Shown piece after piece: positions 30,796 through 32,134 of a stretch of DNA of 32,134 bases. The stretch's first letter is position 1; each line of letters opens with the position of its first letter. The notes under the pieces were generated by a model, which did no database searches, had not been told where the DNA came from, and was given only the letters and a program-made list of their open reading frames with translations. Made by a program: the position numbers and the translations under genes. The DNA comes from an uncultured Streptococcus sp. (lineage in GTDB: Bacteria > Bacillota > Bacilli > Lactobacillales > Streptococcaceae), in assembly GCA_963523355.1 (NCBI GenBank), contig CAURCY010000001.1, forward strand, positions 1-32,134, written 5' to 3'.

Positions 30796-30964
30796 CGTTA
30801 CAAATGACTAGCAACATAAAGTTGCTGTCATTTGACGGTAACCGCTATGGCGGTTTACCTAAACGCTTCACTAGGAAAAATCCACGAATATTATCGATTC
30901 GTGGATTTTTCCGTCGTAACTGGTAGGAAGTAGTCTAGCTAACTGCCTTACTAACTACGTTTGG
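30796..30964 (+). other. Multi-hairpin structured intergenic element of unknown class
   Basis: Four consecutive stems (30796-30837, 30837-30859, 30874-30912 perfect 16 bp, 30915-30959) with G-U pairs valid on the + strand. Confidence 0.65.
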
Positions 30965-31111
30965 CAAATAAAATAGATTCCCAAAACTCAGTGTCGTGTA
31001 TAATGTGACAGTGAGGTATACTGTATCTTATCTCAACTTCTTTTGGAAAAGATGATAAATTACATACCTTATTCATTTTACTGTTAACCTTCATGGTAAT
31101 AACTTACAAAT

Positions 31112-31164
31112 AAAAGAAAACTTCAGATATTCACTTTTGGTGATTGGTCTGAAGTTTTCTTTTT
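31112..31164. terminator. Bidirectional terminator
   Basis: AAAAGAAAACTTCAGA...TCTGAAGTTTTCTTTT inverted repeat ending at the stop of the convergent gene. Confidence 0.85.
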
Positions 31165-32117
31165 TACTGTCCATATTTTTGGTAAAAATCAACTTTTACT
31201 TGGATGAAGGTTTTTGCTTCACGTAGGAGTTGAAGAAGTGTGGCACGGGTTTCAAATTCTTCTCTTGTCTTGGGTAGACTGCGGTTCCGAAAGACTTCCA
31301 GATAACGTTCAATTTCATCTAGCAAATCAGAAGCAGGATTGGTCTGGCTCAGTTGACCTGCAATTTTTGAAAAGAGTTGGGCCAAAATCAGGCTCTCACT
31401 GGCAGCTAGGTGACAGGTGTTGATTTGCTGGGCCATGTTTCGCAGGATACGACTTTGTCGCTGTCTCATTTCAAAGTAGTGGATATGGTAGTCGGTCTGG
31501 TGAAAGAGGTGGTCAGAGTGATCCAAATAGACCAGTCTGAGGGCTTCTTCCAAAAGGGTGTCTAATTCTTCAACCAGTTGTGCTCGGTTGCGTCCATCCC
31601 CTCTGGATAAATAATATTTGAAGCGCTGGAGGATATCTTTTAACTCTTCTTCTACTAATGTGTGGTAATGCTGGATGTCCTCTTCTCGTGAAGGCATGTA
31701 GAGATTAACAAGCAAGGCAAATCCAGTACCGATAGCAAAGAGAAGGAATTCGTTGACTAGGAGTTCTGGAGAGGTTGACTCTTGCACCAAGAGATGGCTA
31801 ACCAACACGCTACTTGGTGTGATGCCAATTTCCCAGCCCATCTTGTAGGCTAGAGGCACATAGAGGGCTAGATAGAGGCCAAGGCTCCAGATATGAAATC
31901 CGCTCAAGTGAAAGACCAAAACCCCAATAGCCAGAGCTAGAAGCATGGAAAAGAGCCGATTGCGGGCCAGTTTTAAGGTGCTTCTACGGGTATCGGATAG
32001 GCTCAAGAGGGCGATGATTCCGGCTGAAACTGCTGAGGAGAGATTGAGAAAATAAGCAAGAAGACAGGCAAGACAGGTGGCTAAGATGAGCTTGGTCGTA
32101 CGTTGGCTAATAGACAT
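31164..32117 (-). CDS. Aromatic acid exporter (ArAE_1/FUSC-like) family membrane protein
   Basis: N-terminal TMs with RT.K and SAGIIALLSL; C-terminal YFEMR.RQ and LPKTREEFE.RA motifs. Confidence 0.85.
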   Translation of the reverse strand: MSISQRTTKLILATCLACLLAYFLNLSSAVSAGIIALLSLSDTRRSTLKLARNRLFSMLLALAIGVLVFHLSGFHIWSLGLYLALYVPLAYKMGWEIGITPSSVLVSHLLVQESTSPELLVNEFLLFAIGTGFALLVNLYMPSREEDIQHYHTLVEEELKDILQRFKYYLSRGDGRNRAQLVEELDTLLEEALRLVYLDHSDHLFHQTDYHIHYFEMRQRQSRILRNMAQQINTCHLAASESLILAQLFSKIAGQLSQTNPASDLLDEIERYLEVFRNRSLPKTREEFETRATLLQLLREAKTFIQVKVDFYQKYGQ

Positions 32118-32134
32118 AAGAATTTCCTAATAAG

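Noticed and set aside
30950..30964. ACTACGTT motif suggesting a HEARO/omega-RNA
   Set aside because: The motif is too short to be diagnostic and there is no IscB/TnpB or transposase ORF nearby.
349..31423. Many 60-165 aa alternative-frame or antisense ORFs (e.g. 5613-6107, 14633-15037, 20924-21406, 24465-24920, 30104-30514)
   Set aside because: They overlap well-supported conserved genes and show no recognisable motifs; they are expected shadow ORFs.

Overview
Core-genome segment of a mitis-group Streptococcus (S. mitis/pneumoniae-like). The assignment rests on a BOX element, the FabM/FabT/FabK type II fatty-acid cluster and gene order recalled from pneumococcus. Order: lepB-rnhC (-); zapA-cvpA-[BOX]-mutS2; glycine riboswitch plus Na+:Ala/Gly symporter; ahpD; TDT-family transporter; T-box-serS, DUF956 and aspartokinase (-); fabM-fabT-fabH-acpP-fabK-fabD-fabG-fabF-accB-fabZ-accC-accD-accA; a ComE-box-controlled double-glycine peptide plus CAAX/CPBP gene; efp-asp23-nusB (-); gatCAB (-) with an inserted membrane-protein gene; prfC; and an aromatic-acid-exporter-family gene (-). 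Most notable: (1) a BriC-type leader fused to an apparently different mature peptide, paired with an intact CPBP gene under a canonical ComE box; (2) a one-gene cassette at the gatB 3' end, flanked by a second, allelic, internally deleted gatB tail; (3) an unannotated multi-hairpin element with + strand G-U pairs after prfC; (4) a possible BOX-created mutS2 promoter; (5) a probably leaderless rnhC-lepB mRNA. All identifications come from motif reading and recall; no database searches were run.
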